NCBI RefSeq assembly: GCF_009914755.1
Contig: NC_060933.1
Direction: 5' to 3' (one strand)
Length of the DNA stretch: 64,000 nt
Origin: the human T2T-CHM13v2.0 reference genome, Homo sapiens
Shown: piece by piece, positions 1 through 13,972 of the stretch
Numbering within the stretch: the first letter of the stretch is position 1
How the letters are laid out: each line of letters starts with the position of its first letter
Position numbers and translations under genes: made by a program
The notes under the pieces: model-generated
The model's database searches: none
The model's input: only the letters and a program-made list of their open reading frames with translations
What the model was told of the DNA's origin: nothing

Positions 1-1529
1 GCGTTGCTGATGTGTTCTCTCTGATGATCATCAGCATGTTATTTAATCTCTTGAGATTCACCAGTCTCCTCTCTATCAGGGAGTGACCATATCCTCCCCT
101 CTGAATTAGATTACACTACATAGATTGCATGTGAAATTATCTCGCTAGAATTTTATGTAAAAGAATCAAGCTCAGTGCATGGCACGTGACGGGTACTCAA
201 CAAAAACAAAGCTGTATAATATAGTACATAGGGTTATTCTTGTGTCTGTGTGTGTATGTGTGCTTATGCACAGTATGAGAAGATTGATTATATATTACAT
301 TTCTACTTTCAGTTTTTCTATGCCAATTGAAATAAATCCGTGACAATATTACCTAGGTCATCTTAATTAGTCATGCAGTTAGAGATGGGAGGTCTCAGTC
401 ACTCCCTGGCAGCTATCTGAATTGCTGGTAGACTCCAAGAAGAAATGCACCACTTTTTAACGTACTGGCCTCACAAATCCAAACTGAAAAAGTGACTGCA
501 AATATGCCAGTCACCACCAATAATAACATAGTTTTACTAGTTGCAGGGATGGAAACATCACTGTCTAGGATGTCTGCATCCATTAGTTAACTGAACCAGC
601 TTCTAATAGTTTTATGCCTACTCAAGGTAATGTGACTTGGCTTAAACAAACATGAATGTTAAGAGTTCACAATTAAATCATTTATTCATCTATCACTAAT
701 TTGAAAAATACTGAAAATATTTGTTAACCATGGTATAAAAATATATCTAACCAACTTTAATAGTTGAGTAAGCATTTGACACCACCATTCCATACTTAAA
801 TACCTATTTAACGTGAAGTTTGTTTCTTTTTGTCTTGCACAGAACTCAAGGAAGAAACATTTTTGCCAGTGAGCATATTTTTAGTTAGTGTGCAACTAAA
901 TTTGTTTCTTTTAAATAGAATATTTGATCTTATTTGTTCTTATGCTAGACTTGTATAATTATACTTGTCAGGGGCAAACAAATAATGTAATGATTCTGAA
1001 ATATTATTTCTTAAGGAAAATAATTATACAATGATATTTATGTACTTGAAAGCATGTTATCTTTTAAAGTTTTACTGTGGGAGGCCATAAACTTATTCAA
1101 ATGATGCTGAAATTGCTCAAAATAGTTTTAGAGTCTCTCTCTTTGGATATGGGCTCAAAAGCCAATGCATAAATTATATAAAATTTATATCATTTTGTGA
1201 CCAATCTGAAGAACTGTAGTAACAAAACCAAAATAATTTAATTTGGTTTGCAAATGCTCTACAAAGTACAATTATATTTGCTCTGACTTGTGAGGTTTTC
1301 TAAAAAAATCAAATAACTGAGCATGTATTATTTTTACAGTAAATTAAATAAAAGTTGGGATAAAAATTCTCGAATATTATCATATATGACAAAAATTGCT
1401 AAGTGAAATAATTTAAGATTGTAATGAAGGGACATAAAGTAATTGTAAAAATAGAGTTTCAAAAAATAGTGACTTCTCTGAGAGGAACTTACTCTGAAGT
1501 GTGAATATAAAAAAAATCAAGCTGGCACT

Positions 1530-3665
1530 TTGGCTAATAAGAGTGCAAAATGCTACAACTCTTTGGGAGGGGCATTTGGCAATTTCTAGCAAAATCACAT
1601 AGACATTTATCTTTCAATCTTGCAAACTTACTTCTTGGAATTTTTCTTTGAGATACCACATGGCAGCTGCAAATCAATTCATGTGTAGTTATTCACTGTG
1701 CCATAATTTGAGATAGCTAATGGTGGAAGCAATGTAAATGCCTAACCACAGGAAACAAACACAAGGCAAGCTGGGGATGCTTTGCTGTGCCAGAAAGCAA
1801 GAAAAATGCTAAAACAAAGCAAAAATCTCAGAGGGATATGTGAGAAGAACACAGGTGCTCACTGAAAGGGACTCCCACCAGCCATAGTTGGGACAATTTG
1901 AACATTTAAAAAGGGCGTAATGGGTTATATTACATTAACTAAAATAAACAAAGAAATCTTCAAGTCCTTAGTAATACATTTAAAATAGGGGCAAGGCAGC
2001 TCTTCTTTATAAAGTAATACTTTTTAATAAATATCGGAGGAATGAAGGAATTTAACAATAAAATTTTGCAGTCACCACGGTAATGACTGATTTAGGCAAG
2101 AATCAGCAGTGCACCTAAAATCATTGGCTGAAGAGTTAGGCACACAATCTCAAAGCATCACCCACAGGTTATTTTTAAGTATAAAGAGGAAAAGGATACA
2201 CCTTGAAGAATAAATGGAAGTCAGAATTGCCCAATCATGGGACACACTAATGATGTAAAGGAAGCAGACTACAGTGCCAGGTAGTTTTCTTGTCAAAGCT
2301 GTTTAAACTTCATCTTGCTAACTTAAGATATATAAATTTAGGAAAGAAGACTTTATTTCTTGTAAAGGGTTACAGCCTGCAAGGTGGCCATCCTGCAGGC
2401 TGGGAAGTGGGCCTCCAGCAAAGACCAGAGACAGGCACTTTGAAGGAGGAGAAGTTGGATTTGGAGCTCATAGTGAATGGGTTGGCTAAACCTACTATTT
2501 GACAGTTTACAGGGAAGCTATGAATATTCCCAAACATAGACCCATGTTCATCTTGGGATAGAGACTTAACATTTAAATGTATTACTGTTAGGTTCTATGT
2601 GATCAGAGGTGCAGCAGAGACACGATGGCACTAGTCTTCAGCCTTTGCGAACCGACCAGAGCCAGTCTATGGTTGGTGATTTTCTTATCAGGAGGAGGTT
2701 ACTGATTCACTGCCTTGTCCAGTCAAAACTGTAGTCATGGCTGGTGCAGCAGGGGTTCAGTTAGTCAGCATCTGTGAGCCCATGAGTCATAATTGTTTTA
2801 ATATTGCTTATCTCAAGTCTAGCCCTTGTTTAGCTGCTAGAGAAAAAGAAAAAGAGAAACCTTGTGGCAGTTAGAACATAGTTTACTCTTTAAGTGTAGG
2901 AGTGGGTGACTTCACTGGCATGACCTTAGGTCCTGTTTATAATTTGGTATCTTATTGCCCCAAAGAGCCTGTTCTGTCAGTCTTCTGATCTCCATTTTAA
3001 CGTGAATGCTGGTCAGTTGTTTTGTCTAAACCCCAGACGGGGGTGGGGCGGGGCAGCGGGGAGTATAACGAGGCGTGTCTGACCTTCTGTTTCATCATGA
3101 GTTTCTCTGGGGTTCCCTTGGCCAAGAGGAGGTTGGTTTGGTCAGTCGAAGAGGGGGGCTTAGATTTATTTTTTGTTTGCAATCTAATCAAGATAAAAAA
3201 TTAAGCAAATCCAGAGAGTGGATGATTCTACAAGTCGACTTCAAAAAGCTAAGGTCTTGATCAGCAAATCACTGTGAGGGGACTGAAGAAGTGTGGTAGC
3301 CAGCTGTCATGTGAGGTCTTTGATTGTATCCTGAATTTATAAAACAGAAAACAGCAATGAAGATCATTTTGGTGACAACTGAAGAAATTTTAATACCATC
3401 ATATTAAATATTGAATTTTTGGAGTTGTTAATGATTTTGTGGTTAATTGGAAAGTATCTTTGTTCTTGAGAGGTGCACACTGAAGCGGAAGTGATGACTG
3501 CAGCTTATTTCCCAATGTGTGTCTGCATTTATAGAGAGAAAAAAGGAGCAACAAAGTAATGTGGCAAAACATTAACAATCGGTGAATTTGGAGGGAGAGT
3601 TTATGGGTGTTCATCGTACTATTATTTCTATTTTCCTGCAAGTTTTAGATGTTTTGAAAGAAATT
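1530..3665 (+). mobile_element. Ancient L1 3' region (L1MC/L1ME-like), split by an LTR at 2316-3181
   Basis: L1M 3'-end motifs (ttggcaatttctagcaaaat; actgaaagggactccc..ggacaatttg; gtggcaaaacattaacaatcggtgaat..ggtgttcatcgtactatt). The sequence ..cttcatct|aatcaag.. resumes after the LTR. Confidence 0.65.
2316..3181 (-). mobile_element. ERV1-class solo LTR (MER34/MER39-like)
   Basis: TG...CA termini. The reverse strand starts tgcaaacaaaaaataaatctaagcccccc..cttggccaaggg. 4-bp target-site duplication (TSD) ATCT at 2312-2315 and 3182-3185. Confidence 0.8.
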
Positions 3666-5175
3666 GGGGAATATTCAGCTGATGATTTTACAGCTACACT
3701 TGATATATTAATCTATGGAATGTGGTAAGATTGGTATAAATTACATTATTTTTATCATTTAAAGTAGACCCTAATATCACTGGCAGGAACCAAGAGTAGG
3801 TATTGATAAAACCTGTATACATTAGAACTAGTTGGAAAGTTACTAATCGGGCTGTAGCCTCCTAATGCAGAGTTTGCACACGATACACACTACAATCTTT
3901 TGTTAATCAGCGAGGTCTATGTTTTCACCAGTATTGTTCACTCAATACTAAGTAATTTCAATTCACTTAGTATCGTTTACATTTACAATTAAGTTGTTAG
4001 TATCACTTAAATTTACAATTATAATTTACACTTACAATTTACAATAATACAATTACTTAGTATTGAGTAAATACTAAGGCTGAAAGAGTTCCACCTACAA
4101 ATGCCTCCTCTATGCGGATGCCAAATGTGGAGCCTATAGTTGGAGAGGTGTCAGCACCTTTCAGGAGCACTAATTCAGACCATGGCCACAGTGACTAAAT
4201 TATCCAAACCTAAATGGAGCACACATCTGGCTACATGACCCAAATTTTCATCTCTTATTTATTTTTAATGGGCCAATTTTCATATTGAAGGAGAAATAAG
4301 GAGAGGTCTGAAAATTGGCTTCATTAAACAATTAAGCTCTTAAATCCTGACAGTGATGGAATATTTGGTGTAGAGAATAACAATTTTCATAGATGATGAT
4401 TCCATCATAATAGAGGGCTGAAATTCCCAAAGAATTCCAAGTGAGGCCTCCAATACAGCATGCGATTGCCCATGGAGAATGTTATTCTCATCTGCAATTT
4501 GTTAGTGCTTTTCATCAACACATAATTATTTCAGCTAATAAACCAGCTAAGTATGCTCTAATGAAAAGTATCCCAAAGAGAGAGAAAGGGAATTACTAAG
4601 GTAAAGAAAGCCCTCAAGCTTCTAAGTATACAAAATTACACCTAGTTGTTTATTGAGAATGTCAATAAAACCCGCTCCTAAGCATGTGGTGCACTATTCC
4701 TAGGTGTACATCACTCAAACTATGTTCGAGAACTGATCTTTCCTCTTTCAGGTTATCGTGGAAAAGAGCCAGGGTGCAGGTGTTTCATGTTTATCCACAA
4801 CTCTACTGTTTCCTAGGAGCCCTGACATCTTTATGAGTCTTTAAAAAAAGTTCTCCTCCTCACTCCAGTCCCCTGTGCTTTATCAACAACAAATGACTCT
4901 CTCCCGTTTTTACAAGGGGCCATCCACTCTCCTGCGTTCTTCTCATACTTCTTCGTTCCCTCTACCATACCTAATTATCAGTGCTTTTGAAGACCCAAAG
5001 CCCCTTTTTATAGTAGAGTGCCTTCACATCAGGGAGGAATATCAGCTGACTTTTTAATAGTGCAAAATGCAAATCATAAGCCCTCCTTACACTCTCATAT
5101 GGCGCTCCGGCTTGCTTGCGAAGATTGGCACAATCCCATCACTGATCAATACTGATGTTCCCGGTGAGTCATCTT

Positions 5176-5710
5176 TCTGTATAAGAAACCACACTGAGAC
5201 TTGGTGGCTTCAACATCAACAACCATCGATTTGTTCATGATTGCGCAATTTGGGCAGGGCTTGCGGGGACAGCTTGTCTCTTTTCTGTGTGCCATTAGTG
5301 GGGCAGCTCAAATGTGGCTGCATCATCCATGTCCACATGGCCTCCTCATGAGGCTGGCCTTCTGGTGCTGGCAGTTGGTGAGGGACTCTGCCAGGGGTAT
5401 TGACAAGGGGGCTTCAGCTTTCCTCTGTGTGGCCTCCCCATGTGGCTAGGGTGGGCTTCTCACAGCATGGCAGTCTCAGAATAATGAGGCTTTTTATATG
5501 GCTGCTGGCTTCCCCCCAGAACCGAAAAAGTGGAAGCCTCCAGCCTTCTTAAGGTTTAGGCCTGGACCTGGCAAAGCGTCACTTCCACCACGTTCTTCTG
5601 GTTAAGGTGAATCACAAGAGACCAGATTCAAGGGGAGGAATGACACGAGGATGTGAATACCAGCAGGTGACATTTATTGGGGGCCATCAATGTGTCAAAT
5701 TACCACATCA
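5176..5710 (-). mobile_element. MaLR LTR (MLT1F/H-like)
   Basis: Typical antisense MLT1 motifs (aaccac..acttggtggctt, gggcttctcacagcatggcag, cacttccaccacgttct, ccagattcaagggga). Confidence 0.7.
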
Positions 5711-6752
5711 TTCGACTCATCAAGAAAAGATTGAATTCAGACCAACACATTGTGTGAGAAATGTGTATGATCACTACAAAGTTTTGCATTTAAAATGCTA
5801 ACATTTAAAAAATAACATGTACTGTTTCAGGGGTAGTGTTTTCAGGTCCCGTATGGAGACATGAAGTAACTGCTTCCTCATTGATTCTGGATGCTGAGTC
5901 ATGGCTGTCCATGCCTCATGCTGCAGACGCAGTTTCAGGCTTGTCACTTTGGGTCTGACTAGTCAACAAGTACAGTGGGCAGGTGTGGGGGTCCCTACTC
6001 TCCACCCAGGCTGAGGGTCAGGGTCAGACAAGCTTTGATGATAGAGAACAGATGAGGGCAGTGAGACCAATGTGCTGGAAGAAGGGAGGCCCCAGTGACG
6101 CACACCAGTAATGGCTGGAGAAAACCAAAAAGACCAGTCTGCAAGGGAATGAAAGGGGAAGGAGGTCACGTCAGCAGCAGAGTAGAAGCAGCTGTTTCTG
6201 TTTCTTGCCTTCCACCAACAAAGAGAGAGCTATGGATCTTCCTTTCAAATCACCGCAGCTCCGTTCCTTCTTCTGTTTGAAGGGAGGATTTAGGCTCATG
6301 TAAGAAGGCTGGGAGAATTCTGGTGTCCAGGATGTTGAACTGGCATGTTGAAGGGAAGAGTTGGGGTTATTGGCCAATGTGCCCAAAGGGATGGCTCCAC
6401 CCCCTCGCCAAAGCCACACTAGGAATAAGATGGCCATGCATTTTACTCCTGGATGTCTTAGGCCCCTGAGTACTGCATGAAGGAATATGCACTCCAATTT
6501 GATTTTGAGTCCTGTAGGGCCCTCTTTTCTAGGATTCCCAATGAATGTAACAATGTAGCACTGGCACCTTTACCTCCTCCCCTCGATGAGTCAGCAGGTG
6601 AAGCTGGTAAACACTATCTGCCAAAGGATTTCATGTTGCTTCCAGGTTTGAAATCTTGTCTCACTGATACAGTTCTATTGTATGTATGCTAAAATGTTAG
6701 ACTAGCCAGGATGGTTCAATAACTTATGGGGAGAGTGAGCTGAAATATTTGA

Positions 6753-7062
<310 letters not shown>

Positions 7063-7399
7063 TGGACTATTTTAAATAAAGGCAATATTTAGGAAGTCCG
7101 GCCTAGGGGATTGGACCCAGGGGCTAGCCCAGGAGTGTAGAATGACTTAAACAATAGTGAATATGAAGGAACGTATTATCAGTCCTGGAGAAAACAGTGA
7201 TGGGAATGAATTTCTGTGGGTGTAGGAAGCTGGGTGACTGAGTGCTGTCATCTGTAGGCAGGCATGTCCTGCTCTGTAGGTGAGTCCCCTCTTCTGATAT
7301 ACAGGTGCTTCATACCAACCACAGCTACCGTCTCCTGCTGATGAGGACAGACAGGAAGGGAAGCATCTGGAGGGACTGATCCTGCTTCTTTGGTTAAAC

Positions 7400-8265
<866 letters not shown>

Positions 8266-8910
8266 TAGATTAGTTGCAGAATTAGGAAAAGTAAACTTAC
8301 ACACAGACCAGATGCAACATTTCAAGTATCTAAAAATTGAGGGGGGTGGGAAGGAAGCTTAAAAGTCACATAGTCTTTATCCTTGCGTTTGAGAGCCTCC
8401 CAGCAACCTTGAGGCAAACTATCATATTCATATAAAAGTTCAAGGACCCACAACTCTAAAGAGAGATTTCAAATCCTCAAAGCATGCTCAGCTAATAGCT
8501 GTTGAGTTAATTAGGAGGACTAAGATTAGAATATTAAATCTTTGAAGAAAATGTAATGGTATGGTTTAATTCAGAGAAGAGGTTGAGGAGTAAGCTTATA
8601 ACACTTTTCAAAGCTGAAATGAGCTAAGCACTTGGATCAGTGTTCCCCAAATGAAAGGATGAAAGGATTCACCTGGAACCCTTGTTTAAGGATCACACGC
8701 CCAGGTCTCTACTCTGCAGACTGGGATTTTGAGGTGGGGCAACTGTTCCTGTTGAATTGTCATTATCGGCTAAGTCTGAGAAACTCTAGATTTAGATGCA
8801 CCAAAAAATGCCTATGGCAGTAATGTCCCTGTGAAAGTGTTTAAGATAGGTATGTTTGTTTTATCATTAAGTACAATATTTGGGTTTAGTTTTGATAGAT
8901 ACTCTTTATT

Positions 8911-9438
8911 GGCCGGACACGGTGGCTCATGCCTTTAAATCCCAGCAGTTTGGGAGGCCAAAGTAGGTGGATTGCTTGAGCTCAGGACCTCAAGGCCAGC
9001 CTGGGCAACATGGTGAAACCCCGTCTCTAAAAAGAAAAGAAAAGAAAAGAAAAAATGTAGCTGGGTATGTGAGTAAGATATGTGAGTCTTAGTAGTTGTC
9101 TGAAAATGTTCCATTGCCACCTTTCAGGTAGGATCAAGCATCAGAGTCTCAAAGGCAGTATTACCAGTATGGAAAAAAAATCCCATAGACAGTAACAGAG
9201 CTCTTTCTTAGCAATGCCGTGTTTCCAACCCTCCTGATGTCACAGAAGATGAGAATGTTTGGAAAAACATGAACATTGATGGCTCTGAGTCTTGAAGAAA
9301 TCCCAAAGCATGCACCTATAATCCCAGCTACTTGGGGGCTGAGGTGAGAGGATCACTTGAGCCCGGGAGGTCGAGGCTGCAGTGAGCCGTGTTTGCACCA
9401 CTGCGCTCTAGCCTGGGCAACGAAGTGAGACTTTGTCT

Positions 9439-9476
<38 letters not shown>
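8911..9476 (+). mobile_element. AluJ-type SINE split by a ~240-bp foreign insertion (about 9070-9310)
   Basis: Left arm and linker to ..tagctgggtatg (9069); right arm resumes at gcatgcacctataatccc (9308); A37 tail at 9440-9476. Confidence 0.9.
9075..9310 (+). repeat. Direct dispersed copy of 12519-12754
   Basis: 236-bp ungapped match, about 9 mismatches by manual count (~96%). Confidence 0.95.
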
Positions 9477-9478
<2 letters not shown>

Positions 9479-9787
9479 AACAACAAAGAAAACCTATTTA
9501 TTAAGGGAATTTCCATGCATTCCTGTTGTACTAAAATATTGCTTTCGAAAAAGAAAATCAAGACGTTGAATTATGTATAATGCCTCTTAGTTTCCATAGA
9601 TATGTTTTTTCTAATTTTATAATAAAGGAATACAATAAATTATATTTTAGAAATTTTCAAGGTTGAGCCATCCTAGAATAAATTGACTTGATCTTGATTT
9701 ATTCTACTTTTAGTAAACATGTAAGATTTGATAATATATATGTAAGATCTTTGCAATACTAGCCATAAAGTGGGATCATTTGATCAT

Positions 9788-9972
9788 TTTCCTCCAGAAA
9801 ATGGAGGAAGAGGGAATACTTCAAGAGGAAGAGGGAATGACTTCATCTGTGAGATCAACATAACCTTGATATAAAAATGAAACCAAGACATTGCAAGAAA
9901 AGAAAATCACAGACATCAGTATCCCTCATGAACATAGACATGAAAATCCTTGACAAAAATCTTAGCAAACCA
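9788..9972 (+). repeat. Direct dispersed copy of 7839-8023
   Basis: 185-bp ungapped match, about 11 mismatches (~94%); both copies share an internal gaagagggaat duplication. Confidence 0.95.
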
Positions 9973-11169
9973 TCTGTGCCATCTTCCTCAGGTTCAGTAA
10001 TCAGAGCTATGGAGGCTACCATAAAAAAGAAAAATTCCCAATTTTTTTCCTATGCACAATCATAAGAAAAGATCCTTTAAGTTTACTAGAACACAAATTT
10101 TAGGGGCTAGGGTTATGGTTAGAACACGTTGCTTAGGATGTTTAGAAGCAGACATGTGATGCCTCTCCATGTTTTCTGTGCTGCTCTATCTGGTCAGGTT
10201 TTTTTCTAAGTTTAGTAACTATGATGACCAAAAGAGGAGTAGTGGCTGTGACCCTTCTTAACATCGAGGAGACCTATGGTAATATTTCTACCCACAAATG
10301 ACATTGTGCATTAAAAGATTTCATCTACCAAACCGATTGCTTTCATTAAGGAAAAACAAATAAATTCCTCCACTTTATTAATGATATCTGAGTACACAAA
10401 ACTCAGTAGCAACAGAAATGATAACCCACAGCAGTAAGCAAGTATAAAAATAGGCAGTAAACTGGCTAAACCCCAGGCTCATGAAAAGAAACAGACCATT
10501 CTAGTTAGCCTCTGCAGACTTATTATTTATAAATGTTTTGTTTCCATTAAGCTTTAGGAAAGATTGAAAATAACTCCCAGGCTGCTAAAATTACTATTGT
10601 TGCACTTTCAAGGATCAAAAGACTCCATGTTGAGGAAATTTCACAATTCTATTCTGATAAAAACAGAGGCGAAATGTAAAGTAGCAACGGGCTTCCTGGG
10701 AGAACTCTCTCCCACGGTTTTAATAGGCTGGTTAGGATGTGCTCGACAGCTACCTGGCTGGCTGGAGACATGCTTCCCACAGGCTAACCAAGTGCATACA
10801 GTGAAGGTGGATGGTGGTGTCTGTTCATCTCGGAAGAGCCCAGGATCAAACTATCACTCCCTAGTCACCCTGTGGTCTCTGCCATGTTTCCACAGATCTC
10901 TAAAGTTGCTTAACCCTGATTTATGCAGTGCTGAACATCTCTTTCAGCGTTAGAACTGAATATTACCACCTCTGATGATTTCTCAAGGAAGCAGTAGATA
11001 TGACAGTAACTGTCATTGAGATGGTGAGGCAAAGGTGGGGGTGAGGAGTGTGGGAAGAAAATTCCATGGTCCTCACTGGCTGGGGAATAGTGGCTGCAGT
11101 GACCACCTGTCTGTGGCTACCCAAAAGCACAAGTGAGATTTGAGCATCCTCTCTCAGTGGTTTTTCATG

Positions 11170-11330
11170 GCCAGTATTTCTCCAACCTTAATGCCCATAG
11201 AAACCATCTGAGGGTCTTGTGAAAAGACAGTTCTGATTCAGTAGGCCTGGAGCAGGACCCGAGACTGCATTTCTAATAAGCTGCTGAAGCTGCTGGTCTG
11301 TAGTCCACTGTGTGAGAAGCAAGGCTCTAG
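11170..11330. mobile_element. MER5A-like hAT-Charlie element
   Basis: ttctgattcagtaggcctgg..gagactgcatttctaataagct..gctgctggtc. Confidence 0.75.
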
Positions 11331-11530
11331 TCCGCATAGGGCTCCAACCAGCCCGATTCCTGAAATTTGGAGGAGCCCAATGGGAGGCAGAAGCAAGCCT
11401 TAGGAAAAGCAAAGTCCCTCCACTGAATTTCAAAAGCCAACATGAAAGAGACAAAATGGACTGGCCTCTTCCTGTCAAGGCAGAAATCTCAGCAATGAAT
11501 TCTCAGATGCAGGCCTCAAGAGGCCTTCTT

Positions 11531-11832
11531 CAGCTGGATGAGTTGACTCATTCCTGTATCTCAGCACTTTGGGAGGCCAAGGCAGGAGGATCACTTGAGC
11601 CCAAGAGTTTGAGACCAGGCTGAGCAACACAGGGAGACCCCATTTTTCTACCAAAAAAAATTTTTTTTAATTAGTTGGGCATAGTGGCATGTGCCTGTGG
11701 TCCCAGCTAGTCAGGAGGCTGAGGCAGGAGGATCCCTTGAGCTTAGGAGGTCAAGGCTGCAATGAACTATGATTGTGCCACTGCACCCTAGCCTGGGCAA
11801 TAGGGCAAGACTCTGGAAGCAAAAAAAAAAAA
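11531..11832 (+). mobile_element. AluJ-type SINE
   Basis: ggaggatcacttgagcccaagag and ggtcaaggctgcaatga; TSD aggccttc. Confidence 0.9.
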
Positions 11833-12329
11833 GGCCTTCATTGATCATTGCCACCAGAAGTTTACCTGCCCTGAGGAGTCAACTTTGAATCCCTCACTGA
11901 TTTTGCATATTTGTTTTTTATTTTATTAATATCTGTTCTCACCTTCACTGTTTCCTTCTTTTTATGTTCTTTGGGTTGATTTTTATTTTATTAATTTCGT
12001 TTTTTCTTCTATCCTACCTAGTACAGCGCTTTCATTTAAGACTAAAATTTTTTCTCTTAAGTTCATTTAAAAATACTTTCCAACTGCCATTATGATTTCT
12101 TATTTGACTTGTTGGTTATTTAGAATCATAATTCTCATGTTAAAATATTAAGGGTTTTCCAGTTATCTTTTTGTTATAGACTTCTATCATAGATTATGAT
12201 CAGACAGCACACTCTGGAATTATACGGTCCTTTCAAATGTGTTGAGACTTACTCTCAGGTGCACAAGGTGGGAAATTTCTGTCAATGTTCCATGTGTGCA
12301 TGAAAATATTTTATATTCTGGAGTATTTT

Positions 12330-12999
12330 ACTCTATTTCAATGATTTTAAGACACATGCAAAATTTGGGACACATTTTATAATCACAGAGGAACAAACGA
12401 CCACCTGTGACGTTGTCATTGCCTGTGCACATATGAATGTCTACATGTATGGTGTATGACACAGCAACTGCAACCTCTTCACCTTCTAGTTGTCAGATCG
12501 TTTAAGGACCATTTGAGGAAGATATGTGAGTCTTAGTAGTTGTCTGAAAATGTTCCATTGCCACTTTTCAGGTAGGATCAAGCATCAGAGTCTTAAAGTC
12601 AGTATTACCGGTTTGGGAAAAAAACCCCATAGACAGTAACAGAGCTCTTTCTTAGCAATGCCGTGTTTCCAACCCTCCTGATGTCAAAGAGGATGAGAAT
12701 GTTTGGAAAAACATGAACATTGATGGCTCTGAGTCTTGAAGAAATCCCAAAGCAAATAATTCTCAAAGACATTTCAGAAATAGCTAATACAATTTATTTC
12801 TCTTATATTCCCCTTTAAAAATATGCACAAGAACAACATAATTAAATATAAAGGAGCTTCCTCAATCAGTGTGGTCTAACAATGTCAAGTGATGAGAAAT
12901 CATTGTGTCTCAGTTAACATGGTTCTCTTTTTTCTTAGTGCCTCATAAAATAATAGTGTGTCTTCCAGTCAAGGACTTCTTAGATTCAAGGAACTATGT
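12330..12999. mobile_element. TcMar-Tc2 (Kanga/MER104-like) DNA transposon remnant
   Basis: Degenerate terminal inverted repeats ctctatttcaatgattttaagac / cttagattcaaggaactatg, and a transposase-like core tttaaggaccatttgaggaag. Confidence 0.6.
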
Positions 13000-13445
13000 C
13001 ATATCTGTCTGTAGGTCAAGTTTGTGGATCATGTTGATTAAATATTCTTTCCTCTGGATTTTTTGGTTGTCATTATTCTGTCAATTACCGCAAAATATAT
13101 AGTAAAATCTCCTACTGTGGTTGTGAATTACTGTGGCTCTATGAGGTTATGTGGTTCTATCAATTTTTGCTTTAAGTATTTTGAGGCTGCGGGTCCAGTT
13201 ACGTAGTGATTCTCATTGTCTCTAATTGTGTGTTTTTCCCTCAAAGTATACATTGTATTTGCCTGGTATTAGTACAGCTATACCAATTTTATTTTGTTTA
13301 ATGATAACTGGATTTCTTTTTTCATCCTTTATTTCAACCCTTCTGTCTCCTTAGATTTACAATATATCTGTCATTTTGTTCCACCTGTTCTGGGTTCTTT
13401 TCCATTGTTTTCTTATCTCATTCATATTGAAAGAGTCTTTTGTTA

Positions 13446-13735
13446 GGCTGGGCATGGTGGCTCACGCCTGTAATCCCAGCACTTTTGGAGACCAAGGCGG
13501 GAGGATCACCTGAGGTCAGGAGTTCAATACCAGCCTGGCCAACATGGCGAAAACCTGTCTCTACTAAAAATACAAAAATTACCTGGGCGTGGTGGCACCT
13601 GTAATCTCAGCTACTCAGGAGGCTGAGGCAGGGAGAATTGCTTGAACCCGGGAGGCTGAGGTTGCAGTGAGCGAAGATCGCTCCACTGCACTCCAGCCTG
13701 GGTGACAGAGCAAGACTCTGTCTAAAAAACGAAAA
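13446..13735 (+). mobile_element. AluS-type SINE
   Basis: ggatcacctgaggtcaggagttc; TSD aaagagtcttttgtt / aaagaatcttttgtt. Confidence 0.93.
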
Positions 13736-13972
13736 GAATCTTTTGTTTTATTTTGCCATCACGTAATACATCTATGTAAAACAATCTTTTTATTTCGTTT
13801 TTCTCTGTTTTAGTTTGAAAGTTATACACTCTTTTTCTCTTCTATTAATGGTTATTTTGGAAATGACAGAATACATCTTGGACTTACCTAGATCTAATAT
13901 CAACTGTTACTCTTTCCCTTCTCCCAGCCAGTGCAAGAAGCCCAGGACATTTATCTCCATTTATCCCCTCCA

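Noticed and set aside
5-36. Hairpin tgctgatg...catcagca with TGATGA/CTGA motifs (snoRNA-like)
   Set aside because: Too short, box order and spacing do not fit a C/D snoRNA, and it sits at the window edge.
10564-10953. 129-aa ORF in apparently unique DNA (also 15978-16367)
   Set aside because: Non-ATG starts, no recognisable domain and no supporting exon structure.
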